Origin: a virus
Lineage: Duplodnaviria; Caudoviricetes
Virus record (IMG/VR): IMGVR_UViG_2061766007_000015
Location: 1 to 64,000 of that record
Length of the DNA stretch: 64,000 nt
Direction: 5' to 3' (one strand)
The notes under the pieces were generated by a model, which made no database searches, was not told the origin of the DNA, and saw nothing but the letters and a program-made list of their open reading frames with translations. Shown here piece after piece: positions 33,628-43,003 of this stretch (positions are counted from its first letter, which is position 1; every line of letters starts with the position of its first letter). A program made the translations under genes and the position numbers.

Positions 33628-34694
33628 CTCTCCCAATCTTTTATATTTTTGATTTCCTCAGATGAGCACTCACCTACATCTTTACGATTTGAAGGAAATC
33701 TTATCTCTGTTATTATCTTACTTTTGAGAGCGGTGCGCAATACTTTTCTTGCATCTTCACCTGCTTTATCGTTGTCCGTACAAAGTATATATTTTCTCAC
33801 AGGCAACTCGCGCAGTACTTCTAACTGAGATGCTGAGCCTAAACCATTAAGCGCAAAAGCATAGAATCCTGCTTGCCACAACAATAGTGCATCAATCATG
33901 GACTCACAGATAAACACTTCACTCAATTTTTGCATGGTGTAGGTTTTTCCATTACTACGACCACCGCGGGATTCAACTGCTTGTTTCCAAGCCATTTTAT
34001 ACTCGTATAATCCATAGATAGGTTTTTCTGCTCCGGCTGGATAATTAAAGTACTTTGTGTGCACTGACCGTCTTGCAACAAACAAAGTATTTCCATCAGC
34101 ATCTCGTACGGGAAAGGTGATGGTTTCACTCTCAGCATCATATCCCAAATCGAATATTTCCAAGATTCGCTCACTTGTTACTCCTCGTTTTGCCCAATAT
34201 GGGTGGACGTATCTGTATCTGTCAAGTTCTTCTTCCGAAACAAACTTTTTATCTTGTCCATCAGCCTTATCATCAGATACAGAATTGACGGCAGTATTAT
34301 GAATATTACTATTAGTGCTAGCCACAGCACGTCTTCCAAAGTCAATATCAACATTTTTTCTCTCCTCTACTGAAATACTTGCAAAATTCTTTAATAACCA
34401 ATTCCACCCAAATCTGTCGAACATCTCATAATGCCCAAAACAATGTGAAATCATCTCGTCCAATGAATGTGTCTCGCCACAGGCTAAACAATGAAAAGTG
34501 CCGTCACTTTTCTTTATACCAGCACTTGGTCTACGCTCTTGTCCACCTTTATGGTAAGGACAGCAAACTTGCACGTTCTTAGGCGTATCGATTATTTTGT
34601 TTAACAAAGGAATACCATTTGCGTGTAACTGATTCTGTAACTCACTTACTATTGTATAGCAGTCATCCGCAAATGTCACATCTTTTATTGTCAT
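33618..34694 (-). CDS. dnaG: DNA primase (CHC2 Zn finger + TOPRIM)
   Basis: CPYH...FHCLAC; ICES..DAL; DNDKAG. Confidence 0.9.
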   Translation of the reverse strand: MTIKDVTFADDCYTIVSELQNQLHANGIPLLNKIIDTPKNVQVCCPYHKGGQERRPSAGIKKSDGTFHCLACGETHSLDEMISHCFGHYEMFDRFGWNWLLKNFASISVEERKNVDIDFGRRAVASTNSNIHNTAVNSVSDDKADGQDKKFVSEEELDRYRYVHPYWAKRGVTSERILEIFDLGYDAESETITFPVRDADGNTLFVARRSVHTKYFNYPAGAEKPIYGLYEYKMAWKQAVESRGGRSNGKTYTMQKLSEVFICESMIDALLLWQAGFYAFALNGLGSASQLEVLRELPVRKYILCTDNDKAGEDARKVLRTALKSKIITEIRFPSNRKDVGECSSEEIKNIKDWERWR

Positions 34695-34888
34695 TGGTTG
34701 TCCTCATCAATAACACGAAAGTATATGAGCAGAAACAGAGTGAATACTTCTAAACCTGTTCCAGTTACAAGAAGAATTTTAATAAGCACATCGTATTGTA
34801 ATGCAAAACTTATACCAGTTACAATAGGTATTGCAAAGAGTACAAATACAAATATAATTTCTCCTATAACCATTAATAGTTTTTTCAT
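34691..34888 (-). CDS. Small membrane protein (2 TM)
   Basis: Hydrophobic 65 aa. Confidence 0.7.
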   Translation of the reverse strand: MKKLLMVIGEIIFVFVLFAIPIVTGISFALQYDVLIKILLVTGTGLEVFTLFLLIYFRVIDEDNQ

Positions 34889-34902
34889 ATTGTATCTCCT
34901 CT

Positions 34903-35085
34903 TTATATTCGGTGCTGAGCATCAAAACGCTGTCTCAGTATCCTGGTCGCATTAATACTGATTCTGGCTCTCATTATCATCGCCTTAAAGATTTTGCTTG
35001 GCTCGCCTTTAATCTTAATTGTTTCATTAACTAACTTATCGTTGTTTAAAGTCTTACCTAATGTTTTTAAATTCTCAGTAGTCAT
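34903..35085 (-). CDS. Hypothetical protein
   Basis: 60 aa, GGAGGAG SD. Confidence 0.65.
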   Translation of the reverse strand: MTTENLKTLGKTLNNDKLVNETIKIKGEPSKIFKAMIMRARISINATRILRQRFDAQHRI

Positions 35086-35095
35086 TTACTCCTCC

Positions 35096-35212
35096 TTACC
35101 ATGTGATGTTTATCCCAAAACACAATACCTGAATTGACAGAATATCTTCCTGATAGATGATACTTACCCCAAACACAAATTGGTCAAGGGTTATAAACGG
35201 AAATATTTTCAT
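35096..35212 (-). CDS. Possible small hydrophobic peptide (38 aa)
   Basis: Hand-translated; AAGGAG SD; overlaps upstream gene end. Confidence 0.4.
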   Translation of the reverse strand: MKIFPFITLDQFVFGVSIIYQEDILSIQVLCFGINITW

Positions 35213-35381
35213 GCATTATCTCCTTTATCCTCGCTATCAAGTCATCCTCATACAAATCTCCGACTCTCGGAAAAATCTTTTCTTGAACATAATCAATTTC
35301 TTTTTCTGTGCCATGAATTGTAACGATAATATCAAGTCGATATGGACTTACTCGCTTGTAATTAATCTGTTCTCTCGTCAC
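35184..35381 (-). CDS. Hypothetical protein
   Basis: 65 aa. Confidence 0.65.
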   Translation of the reverse strand: MTREQINYKRVSPYRLDIIVTIHGTEKEIDYVQEKIFPRVGDLYEDDLIARIKEIMHENISVYNP

Positions 35382-35384
35382 CGC

Positions 35385-35615
35385 CTACTCTCCTTTCACC
35401 TCGTTAACCTTTCTGTCGCACTCCTTTAACACTTCAAAAACCTTTGCTTTGCTTGGCAAAATCGCTTCGACCTCAATCAACGGGCAAAGAGGATGCCTTC
35501 CACAATTTGCACACCCGTTAAATATCAACTGGCATCCATTTAAATTCCTTATGCCCATTGATTGACACTCAACACAATCTTTAGGCATTGATGGAATTTC
35601 AATAACTACGTTCAC
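35385..35615 (-). CDS. Cys-rich hypothetical protein
   Basis: MPKDCVEC...CPL. Confidence 0.7.
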   Translation of the reverse strand: MNVVIEIPSMPKDCVECQSMGIRNLNGCQLIFNGCANCGRHPLCPLIEVEAILPSKAKVFEVLKECDRKVNEVKGE

Positions 35616-35617
35616 GC

Positions 35618-35920
35618 TTATTCTCCTTTCACCTCTGCTATCTTCCGGTCAATTATCGCCAAGCAATCTTCATACTCACTTATATTGCGGTCATCGTATC
35701 GGTCAATCTGTTCTTCTATCTCTGCCCTAACATCTTCAAGGGCTTGAATTATCTCGGCATTTCTGAAAAACGTCCTTTGCGCTTTATAATTGGCAATAAA
35801 TTGTTTAACTCTTTCTTCTTCAATTTTGAAGATAAAACACTCTTTGCAAGGGAGGTCACGTTCTTTTGGTTCGAGCATCTTGTTTACCATCTGTTCGTGG
35901 AAATAATCACTCATGTTCAT
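35618..35920 (-). CDS. Hypothetical protein
   Basis: 100 aa. Confidence 0.7.
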   Translation of the reverse strand: MNMSDYFHEQMVNKMLEPKERDLPCKECFIFKIEEERVKQFIANYKAQRTFFRNAEIIQALEDVRAEIEEQIDRYDDRNISEYEDCLAIIDRKIAEVKGE

Positions 35921-36425
35921 ACTCCTTTACCGCTTTGTCGATTATCTCAAGCACCGCTTTAAAATGCTTAGTTTCTTCTGAACAATCATCTTTTTTCGCC
36001 CAAATATTATCCACGAAGTATTTTTCTACGTCGTACTTAATATCCTCTATCACCGATAAGGGAACGGCTTCAACTGGTAGTGCATTCTTAATCCAATCTT
36101 CGAACAACCCCCACATATTTAGCATATCCGTTGTATAAGTATTGCCATATTCAGACAAACTTTGCTGAATCCATTCAAGTACTGATTGCCTGCTTATAAC
36201 ATCTTCGCAAGGTTCTTTATGTGTTAATTCATGCAACTTAAACTCCGCATCTTTTCTTCGATAATATTCTGAATCATAGACTTCTTTAGATACAGTTTCT
36301 GCGGATAGTGCTTTGATTGCTTCGTCAAGAGCGCTGTCCATAGGTATCAACCATTCTTTCGGCATATAGACATATATTTCACTTTTTAATCTGTATAACC
36401 AATCAAGGTTCTCTGCGTTTGTCAT
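35907..36425 (-). CDS. Hypothetical protein
   Basis: 172 aa; EPCEDVISRQ motif typical of small Firmicutes phage genes. Confidence 0.75.
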   Translation of the reverse strand: MTNAENLDWLYRLKSEIYVYMPKEWLIPMDSALDEAIKALSAETVSKEVYDSEYYRRKDAEFKLHELTHKEPCEDVISRQSVLEWIQQSLSEYGNTYTTDMLNMWGLFEDWIKNALPVEAVPLSVIEDIKYDVEKYFVDNIWAKKDDCSEETKHFKAVLEIIDKAVKEYEHE

Positions 36426-36437
36426 GCTTCACCTCCC

Positions 36438-36734
36438 CTACAACCAATAATCAAACCAAAAGTAATTTCCTTTTTCTGTGGGATAATAATACTGTCCGTA
36501 GTAACTATCTTCTCCGTATGTGCCTTGATTGCAATACTCACCACATTCTTGTTCCTCTCCTTTTGGCTCGTCCGTAAACTCGTACTGGTCGTCATGCTCA
36601 TAGTTGCCTATGTATTTTTCGTAACAATGCTTTGAACCATCAACATCAATGTTTTTATAAAGCCATTCATCAATCTCTGCCATTAATGAATTCACTTGCT
36701 CCATCTTTTCGACTATTTCTTTAGGTATCATCAT
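36438..36734 (-). CDS. Acidic hypothetical protein
   Basis: 98 aa. Confidence 0.75.
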   Translation of the reverse strand: MMIPKEIVEKMEQVNSLMAEIDEWLYKNIDVDGSKHCYEKYIGNYEHDDQYEFTDEPKGEEQECGEYCNQGTYGEDSYYGQYYYPTEKGNYFWFDYWL

Positions 36735-36736
36735 AC

Positions 36737-36985
36737 TTATTCACCCCACTTTCTGTTCCACCAAGCCTTATCAAATGGATGATTGCATTCTTCTATGTTT
36801 ACAAAAACCACATAAGATTCTTCTGTAATCTTTGCATAGGGAAACATCTTCTGTATAATCTCTCCGTTGGTAAGTCCGTCAAAAACAATGCCACTGTCTA
36901 TCGCCTTTGCCATAGCAGACCTGCATTGTTTAAAGTATTTAAAAGTCTCAGGTACATCAATCAATACTTTTGACATCTTATTCAA
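36737..36985 (-). CDS. Hypothetical protein
   Basis: TNGEIIQKMFP motif. Confidence 0.7.
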   Translation of the reverse strand: MNKMSKVLIDVPETFKYFKQCRSAMAKAIDSGIVFDGLTNGEIIQKMFPYAKITEESYVVFVNIEECNHPFDKAWWNRKWGE

Positions 36986-37190
36986 TCACCACCTTTGCAT
37001 TAACAGGTACTACTTTCTGGTCCGCATCAAAAGAAGTTGGATAATCTGCAACCAAATTAAAAGCATTTCGACGTATACCTGAACATTCTGTCTTGATATA
37101 GACTTCGCGATTATATACGAAAGCATCTCCTATGTTGATGTCGCAAAAGTGTACGGCGTCTTTAACTAGTCTGTTATCTTCGATTTTCAT
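36978..37190 (-). CDS. Small beta-rich protein
   Basis: 70 aa, GGAGG SD. Confidence 0.7.
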   Translation of the reverse strand: MKIEDNRLVKDAVHFCDINIGDAFVYNREVYIKTECSGIRRNAFNLVADYPTSFDADQKVVPVNAKVVIE

Positions 37191-37194
37191 TCAT

Positions 37195-37440
37195 CTACCT
37201 CCTCATCAATGTGTCATTATGTATTCTTAAATATGGACAATCCATACATGTAGAAGCCATATAATCTTGTGTTTTGTCGCAATCTAACATGCCGTAACAA
37301 TTACCATCTTTACTTTTATGTTCATCCCAACACTTATATCTGGCATTGTTTTCGCATGTTAACTGCCTGCAAGTTTGTTGAATTACTTTACTTACTAAAG
37401 TATCCTTTTTACATGCTTCACAAATCTTTATATCTCTCAT
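37195..37440 (-). CDS. Cys-rich hypothetical protein
   Basis: 81 aa. Confidence 0.65.
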   Translation of the reverse strand: MRDIKICEACKKDTLVSKVIQQTCRQLTCENNARYKCWDEHKSKDGNCYGMLDCDKTQDYMASTCMDCPYLRIHNDTLMRR

Positions 37441-37460
37441 CGGCTCACCACTGCTTTCTA

Positions 37461-37970
37461 TTACTCCACTCCGAGATAATACTTCTTGATTCTATCTTCA
37501 CCTACTGCTTTTATAGCCTCCTGTGCTGTATACGCATCTGCAAAATACAATACACCTGCAGTTCTAGCACCACAATCAGATGTAGTATCCAATAAATCAT
37601 CTGTAGTTAAGTAGATATAACAAATCGAGTTGTAAAAGCGAGCGGTATCAACTTCCTTCTGGCTCATAGCAAACTTCTTGAGTTCTGCAATAACCTTACG
37701 GCGCTCTACTTCAAGGCTGGCTTCTTCGAGGGTTTTAAAAATGTTACCAACACATGCGTGGTTACGGTCGATAGAATCGTTGTGCCAAGACATACTAATC
37801 ACAGAATTGTCACCACTAATATACCAGTATATATCTCCGCACTTTGGCCATTCAGCCTGCTTTGCTTCTTCGATTTTCTTCTGCACTTCCTCAATCTTAG
37901 CCTGCAGTTCATCAAGTTCCTTGTTAAGTTCTTCAATCTTGTTAGTCATTCTTTTTCTCCTCTCTGTCAA
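37461..37970 (-). CDS. Hypothetical protein with N-terminal coiled coil
   Basis: WPKCGD.YWYI...GNIFKT.EEA motif. Confidence 0.75.
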   Translation of the reverse strand: MTERRKRMTNKIEELNKELDELQAKIEEVQKKIEEAKQAEWPKCGDIYWYISGDNSVISMSWHNDSIDRNHACVGNIFKTLEEASLEVERRKVIAELKKFAMSQKEVDTARFYNSICYIYLTTDDLLDTTSDCGARTAGVLYFADAYTAQEAIKAVGEDRIKKYYLGVE

Positions 37971-38139
37971 TGATAGCAGTTATTCCAATAATGAAATCGT
38001 ACATTTCCATTTCAGTTGCTTCCTGTACGTCCTGCTTGTCTGACCAAAAGTCTTCGACTACTTCTGTAATGTCGTTAAGTTTGTTGTCCGTATTTGGGAG
38101 TACCTTAACTTCTACTCCATTAATGATTTTAGTTTTCAT
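37942..38139 (-). CDS. Hypothetical protein
   Basis: 65 aa. Confidence 0.65.
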   Translation of the reverse strand: MKTKIINGVEVKVLPNTDNKLNDITEVVEDFWSDKQDVQEATEMEMYDFIIGITAIIDREEKKND

Positions 38140-38359
38140 TCTTTTTCTCCTTTAATAAATTTATTTTCTGTTCAATTGACGTAGCAAATATTGCATCTCC
38201 ACCTGCACAGCGTTTCTTTAAATCAAGTTCTTCACTTAAATCGGATAAAGCGGCATTATAGCCCTCACTGAAAGCCCGGTTAATTGCAGTCAGCACATCA
38301 CCTGTCCTTGGTTTTGGTATCTTTTTTACTTTCAATCTTTTGCTCCTTTCGTAGTTCAT
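38129..38359 (-). CDS. Hypothetical protein
   Basis: 76 aa. Confidence 0.65.
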   Translation of the reverse strand: MNYERSKRLKVKKIPKPRTGDVLTAINRAFSEGYNAALSDLSEELDLKKRCAGGDAIFATSIEQKINLLKEKKNEN

Positions 38360-38370
38360 CTTACATGAAT

Positions 38371-38403
38371 ATTATACAACGTATTTTAATGAAAAGCAAC
38401 AGG
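38371..38403 (-). promoter_or_regulatory. Class II promoter
   Basis: CCTG-TTGCTT-17-TATAAT. Confidence 0.85.
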
Positions 38404-38425
38404 AGAGAGCAAAAACTCTCTCCTG
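38400..38425 (-). terminator. Terminator-like hairpin
   Basis: CAGGAGAGAG/CTCTCTCCTG 10 bp. Confidence 0.65.
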
Positions 38426-38431
38426 CCCGTT

Positions 38432-38551
38432 CTATTCTTTCTTATATTCGTAACTTCCCTGGTATCGCCAGTTCTTAAATACGTGGCGTTTGTTCTTGAA
38501 TGTAATGTACATCTCAAGTTGACCAAAGGCATCTCTTGTGAAACTAATCAT
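38432..38551 (-). CDS. Small protein (39 aa)
   Basis: Hand-translated MISFTRDAFGQ...; AGGAGGTG SD. Confidence 0.5.
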   Translation of the reverse strand: MISFTRDAFGQLEMYITFKNKRHVFKNWRYQGSYEYKKE

Positions 38552-38596
38552 ATCCTCACCTCCTTGTTGTTGACTTTATTTTGATGATTATGGTTT

Positions 38597-39886
38597 TTAA
38601 AAAACGTCAGCACGGTCCTTAAACTTGCTCTTAATGTCCACTATCTTATCGTCTCGTACTTGTGCAGGTGCGGCATCATCATATGAAGGTATCCAAGTAA
38701 ACTGTCCTAAGTCTATATCCCATACATACTTCAACTTACCACCTACTTTTCCGAAACGCTGTTTCTTTATGCCAAGTTCAAGCACATTATCTTTTTGTCG
38801 GATTGCTATAACTTTACTTGCGTTATGTGAGATACCGTCACTATCTCTTATGCTTTCAAGTTCTGGTGTATCGTCACTCTCTTTATCAACAACACCACTT
38901 CTATTCGCCTGCACTACGACTAAAATAGGTACATGCATTTCCATTGAAAGTGACATTAAATCCTCACTTATATTTGTAAGTGCTGTAGTCTTATTATCAC
39001 CGCGCTTCGCTCTTTCGTCCGTCAGATATGTTATACCATCAACAGCAAGTACATCAAGTTTATACTGTTGGATATACTTCTTTAACTTGGATACTGTTAT
39101 GTGCTTATTAAAGTCATTGGGTGTTGATACAATAAACTTATGTCCTGCTAATGAGTCGATGTAGTTTTTGTACTCGCCATTGTCTACTTCGCCATTTCCC
39201 CACATAAGAGCCTTATTACTGAAATGTTTATGCAAAGTATCAAATCTATATCCTACGCTACTCGCACTCATTTCGGGTGAAATGTATCCTACGTTAAAGC
39301 CTAATTCCCATATGTGCTGACAGATAAACTCTAGTATCCAAGATTTACCTTGGTTAGTTCTTGCAAACAGTACAAACAGTTCCTCTGTTCTCTGTATACC
39401 GTGAACGATATCGTCAAGTTCTTGAAAGCCTGTAGTAAAGTACCAATCACTCTGATGTTCCTGTCTGTCAATGAATTGGTCATATCTCTCTTTAGCATCA
39501 GATATAATATCTGTACCGCTTATACGATACTCAGGCTGTAAGTCCTTCATTGCATTTCGCATATACTCTACTGCCGCGTTTGAGTCTGATTGCATTAACT
39601 CGGCAATCTTCTTCACAACAGGCACAGTGCGCTGAAAGAGATTTTCTTCCCTTATTGTGTCTACTAAGTACCTATCGGACTCAGTAACTTCTACCAACTC
39701 ATCGCCAGGAAACTTCGCTAAGAATGTTGCTTTATCAGGTACGTTACCATATTCTTTGTGATGATTAATAATGAAGTTGTACTCATCTTCATATCCAACG
39801 AAATATTCTTCTGTAAGTAGATTGTCCTCGATAAGGCTGAGACTGCCAGTTGCTATTGTCTTGCTTATAACCTGTAACTGAATCAT
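38597..39886 (-). CDS. dnaB: Replicative DnaB-like helicase
   Basis: ARTNQGKS, ISPEMS, VDGITYL, KQRFG. Confidence 0.9.
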   Translation of the reverse strand: MIQLQVISKTIATGSLSLIEDNLLTEEYFVGYEDEYNFIINHHKEYGNVPDKATFLAKFPGDELVEVTESDRYLVDTIREENLFQRTVPVVKKIAELMQSDSNAAVEYMRNAMKDLQPEYRISGTDIISDAKERYDQFIDRQEHQSDWYFTTGFQELDDIVHGIQRTEELFVLFARTNQGKSWILEFICQHIWELGFNVGYISPEMSASSVGYRFDTLHKHFSNKALMWGNGEVDNGEYKNYIDSLAGHKFIVSTPNDFNKHITVSKLKKYIQQYKLDVLAVDGITYLTDERAKRGDNKTTALTNISEDLMSLSMEMHVPILVVVQANRSGVVDKESDDTPELESIRDSDGISHNASKVIAIRQKDNVLELGIKKQRFGKVGGKLKYVWDIDLGQFTWIPSYDDAAPAQVRDDKIVDIKSKFKDRADVF

Positions 39887-40533
39887 CTTTTATCCTTCCC
39901 GTAAAACTGTATTACTTCGCTAGTATGCCAAATTCTACTTGATAATCTACTGCCCAAGGCTCGCTCTAAATCTGTCTCGCCTAAATTGCCAGTAAATATG
40001 TTTGATTTCCTTGCCAGCACTCTCTGGTCTATGTACATAAGCAACTGAGATAGGTCATAGTTACTGAGACCATTACTTCCTATATCATCCCAAACTACTA
40101 AGTCTATGTCAAGCAATTTGGATTTTAACTCTTCAAACTCAGCATCTTTATTGTTAAAGTCCTTGCACTTAAGTAGAAATGTCGGCACATGTATAAATAC
40201 TGCTCTCGCATTAAGACCGTTGCCAGCCCATATCTCGTCAAAGTACTTAAGCATCAACTTTATAGACCATGTAGTCTTACCATTACCCGTATTCGTACTG
40301 AATAGATACAAATTGTTACCATCTTCAACAAATGCTTTAATGTCCGACTTAATCTGTGCGAGTCTGCAAAAGGCTTGATAGTCGCAATCTTCGGGCACTA
40401 AAGAAATAATTCTCTGCATGCTCTTTGGTATATTACTCTGGTCGAGTAGAGATTTCATTTCAATGTATCTGACACAAGCCTCATTACAAGGTTCATTTGT
40501 GCATACATCTTTATATAAACAGTCCATATTCAC
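39883..40533 (-). CDS. dnaC: DnaC/IstB-like helicase loader ATPase
   Basis: TGNGKTT, VWDDIG, R..SRI. Confidence 0.85.
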   Translation of the reverse strand: MNMDCLYKDVCTNEPCNEACVRYIEMKSLLDQSNIPKSMQRIISLVPEDCDYQAFCRLAQIKSDIKAFVEDGNNLYLFSTNTGNGKTTWSIKLMLKYFDEIWAGNGLNARAVFIHVPTFLLKCKDFNNKDAEFEELKSKLLDIDLVVWDDIGSNGLSNYDLSQLLMYIDQRVLARKSNIFTGNLGETDLERALGSRLSSRIWHTSEVIQFYGKDKR

Positions 40534-40536
40534 CTC

Positions 40537-41295
40537 TTAAAATTCAACTTGCTTGCCTGCTTCTCGCATCTGCTCTATAAACCTGCTTTGTGCTTCTTGC
40601 TCTTCTTCTGACATAGTAGCACAAGATACATTCGCTTCACAAGCGGCTGACTTAACGTTGCTATAGGTAGAACGTGCAATAGGATAAAAACTGAGATATC
40701 CCTTATCAATACTTTGCTGTATAATCTGTAGTGCTTCGGTTTTACTCTCTGTTAGTTCTCTGAGTTTATTAAGTATGCCTCTAAACTGATTGGCATACAA
40801 TGGCTTATCTTTTATTTCAAGCCTGAAACGTAAATAGTTATCTAAGCAATCTCTTACCTCGATATCATCTGTAAACTCTTCTATAGCAGAAAAGCATTTC
40901 TGATAAAGATTAGGTTTAGATGATTTAGGCTTTTTCTCTACTAATACGATAGTATTAGTTTTATTTTCTTCTTTAATATCTTCTTTATTATTGATTAAAC
41001 TCAGTTGAATAGGGGTATTAAACTGAGTTGAATAGTATTCAACTACTTTAACATTGTTAACTAACTTTTCTTCTTTGCCAATAAGTCCTCTGTCTAAGAG
41101 ATTTTTGAGATTCTTGAGTATACCTTGTTTAGTAGCACCACACCAATCTGCGAGATACTGTAAACTGCCAGTAAATCTCTGATTTTCAGTCTGACTGTAG
41201 CCATATATTACAGCATACACTATCAAGTCATTTCCTTTAAGGTCTAATTCAGTTCTCATCCAGCCTTGTACTGTGACATAGTTTTCAGATTTCAT
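40537..41295 (-). CDS. Phage replication initiator (N-terminal wHTH)
   Basis: NYVTVQGWM..L.LKG..LIVYAVIYGYSQ; upstream of dnaC/dnaB. Confidence 0.8.
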   Translation of the reverse strand: MKSENYVTVQGWMRTELDLKGNDLIVYAVIYGYSQTENQRFTGSLQYLADWCGATKQGILKNLKNLLDRGLIGKEEKLVNNVKVVEYYSTQFNTPIQLSLINNKEDIKEENKTNTIVLVEKKPKSSKPNLYQKCFSAIEEFTDDIEVRDCLDNYLRFRLEIKDKPLYANQFRGILNKLRELTESKTEALQIIQQSIDKGYLSFYPIARSTYSNVKSAACEANVSCATMSEEEQEAQSRFIEQMREAGKQVEF

Positions 41296-41313
41296 GTAAT
41301 CTCCTTTACAATT

Positions 41314-41460
41314 AAAAACTCTTGCATCTGAAAGTTCACGGCAATCAGATACAAGAGTCTTATGTTGGTCGATATTTTATTAGCATCGATTGACACCGTG
41401 AACATCAACCAACGTTGTGTGAATAACAAAACAATCTTTAGGAGGACTGTTATCATTCAT
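41314..41460 (-). promoter_or_regulatory. Structured 5-prime leader with terminator hairpin upstream of initiator
   Basis: 13-bp stem + T5 at 41314-41357; 10-bp stem 41364-41413; complementary 8-mers in the two loops. Confidence 0.6.
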
Positions 41461-41469
41461 CATATAAAT

Positions 41470-41502
41470 ATTGTAACACATGTTTACTGAGAAGTAAACA
41501 GG
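41470..41502 (-). promoter_or_regulatory. Class II promoter
   Basis: CCTG-TTTACT-17-TACAAT with TGn. Confidence 0.7.
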
Positions 41503-41511
41503 AAACAGACA

Positions 41512-41733
41512 TTAATTGTTGCTGAAACAACGCTTAATATCGTTAGCCTGGTCATCTACTACAGCGTTCACATCGTCCCAAAGAGCCTTACGCTCTGCTT
41601 CAATGTTAACATCTTCTTCGTCCGGTATACTTCTCTTCTCAGTGTACTCTACGGTATAAAAATTGTCCTTGATTTTAAGGGCTACTCTTGATACCGCCTG
41701 AATTTCTACTACTTTTGCCTTAGATTCGTACAT
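41512..41733 (-). CDS. Hypothetical protein
   Basis: 73 aa. Confidence 0.7.
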   Translation of the reverse strand: MYESKAKVVEIQAVSRVALKIKDNFYTVEYTEKRSIPDEEDVNIEAERKALWDDVNAVVDDQANDIKRCFSNN

Positions 41734-41736
41734 AAC

Positions 41737-42138
41737 TTATTCTCCCTTCGCTTTCGTCACTTTAAGTACTGTAACCTCTTTTACCTCTTTGCAGTCACCG
41801 ATTTTAGGTAAATTCTCAGCAGGAATTACATTGTTGAAAATCAATGACTCAAGTACATCCATATCAACGTACTCTTTAGTTTTAATGGCGTCTGTTGCGC
41901 CAATGTTTTTGAGAGTTTCAAGAAGTTTACCTTCGTTGAAGGACTCTCGTTTCTGAATCGTAATCTTGGCTGTATAACCGTTTGTAGTGTAACTTGACAC
42001 ATCTGTCATCTTAGCCTTGATGTCCGCATTCATTTCATCGCACAATTTCTTGCACGAATCCATTTCTTCTTTGACCGAAAAGTACTCTGGTATCAATTCA
42101 TCCAAAGTCTTTTCGGTCTCGCCGTTCAGTTGTCTCAT
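41737..42138 (-). CDS. Phage hypothetical protein
   Basis: 133 aa, AAGGAG SD. Confidence 0.75.
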   Translation of the reverse strand: MRQLNGETEKTLDELIPEYFSVKEEMDSCKKLCDEMNADIKAKMTDVSSYTTNGYTAKITIQKRESFNEGKLLETLKNIGATDAIKTKEYVDMDVLESLIFNNVIPAENLPKIGDCKEVKEVTVLKVTKAKGE

Positions 42139-42154
42139 TTGCTATTCTCCTTTA

Positions 42155-42421
42155 TTATTTTTTAACGTATTTCTGAGTAGTTTCACCCAAGATACCATTA
42201 CGTCCGTGAGGAAGTGACTGCTTGAACTGAATTAACTGCCATGCATCAGACTGTTTCCAGTATCTAGTCTGTCTCGGGCCGCTCTGCTGAAAATCAGGCA
42301 AAAGACCTGCGAGTTCATGGTCAGTATGGGTACGTTTCCAACGATACCAAATGTTAATTGTAGGTGCTGAAACTCCAACAATTAATGCAATTTCTTCTAC
42401 CTTACATAACTTCTCTGACAT
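42155..42421 (-). CDS. MerR-like HTH protein
   Basis: EEIALIVGVSAPTINIWY...TRYW. Confidence 0.7.
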   Translation of the reverse strand: MSEKLCKVEEIALIVGVSAPTINIWYRWKRTHTDHELAGLLPDFQQSGPRQTRYWKQSDAWQLIQFKQSLPHGRNGILGETTQKYVKK

Positions 42422-42438
42422 TGTTTACCTCCTTTAAC

Positions 42439-42993
42439 TTAATTATATTTGAAAATCATATTATTATACGATTTACAATTACCTTTACAAATTGCCGAGA
42501 TTTTTCCATGAGGAACTTTCGTTGCTCGTTCAGCGGCCATTGTTGATTCAAATTCTCCAATAAATTCTCCATTAACTTTATAAGCCTTAACAATTTTACC
42601 TTGCTTTTTTAAAATTGAAGCACGTATACGTTCCTTAGTTCGGTCAGGACAACCTCGTCTTGAGTTCGCCAAACGAATTTTATCTGGTCTACTTCCATAT
42701 GTATTGTTGTACAACGCTGTACACCACTCCAAATTAGTCACATTATTGTTGTCCTTATGCTCATCTTTATGATTAACCTGTGGTAAATTATTAGGATTTG
42801 GTATAAATGCTTGGGCTACAAGACGATGTACTCTAAACTGAATATGTTTTCCAGAGGTACTTCTGAGTGCAACAACTTTATATCCATTTACATTACTTTG
42901 TTTGAGTTCCTTACTGTCTCGATATACTCTACCAAAATTAGATATATAATATTGATACATAAATCCGGTTATAGGCATAAGTGTTTCTTGCAT
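42439..42993 (-). CDS. Free-standing HNH endonuclease (NUMOD4-HNH-NUMOD1 type)
   Basis: YYISNFGRV, VHRLVAQAFIPNP...VNHKDE.K.NN...NLEW; C-terminal GEFES...A. Confidence 0.85.
   Translation of the reverse strand: MQETLMPITGFMYQYYISNFGRVYRDSKELKQSNVNGYKVVALRSTSGKHIQFRVHRLVAQAFIPNPNNLPQVNHKDEHKDNNNVTNLEWCTALYNNTYGSRPDKIRLANSRRGCPDRTKERIRASILKKQGKIVKAYKVNGEFIGEFESTMAAERATKVPHGKISAICKGNCKSYNNMIFKYN
42463..42490 (-). promoter_or_regulatory. Promoter inside HNH 3-prime end
   Basis: TTGTAA-16-TATAAT. Confidence 0.5.
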
Positions 42994-43003
42994 CAGTATC
43001 TCC

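Noticed and set aside
40990-41010. QLSLI clamp-binding motif in the replication initiator
   Set aside because: Lies in a low-complexity linker where such strings are common; single weak match
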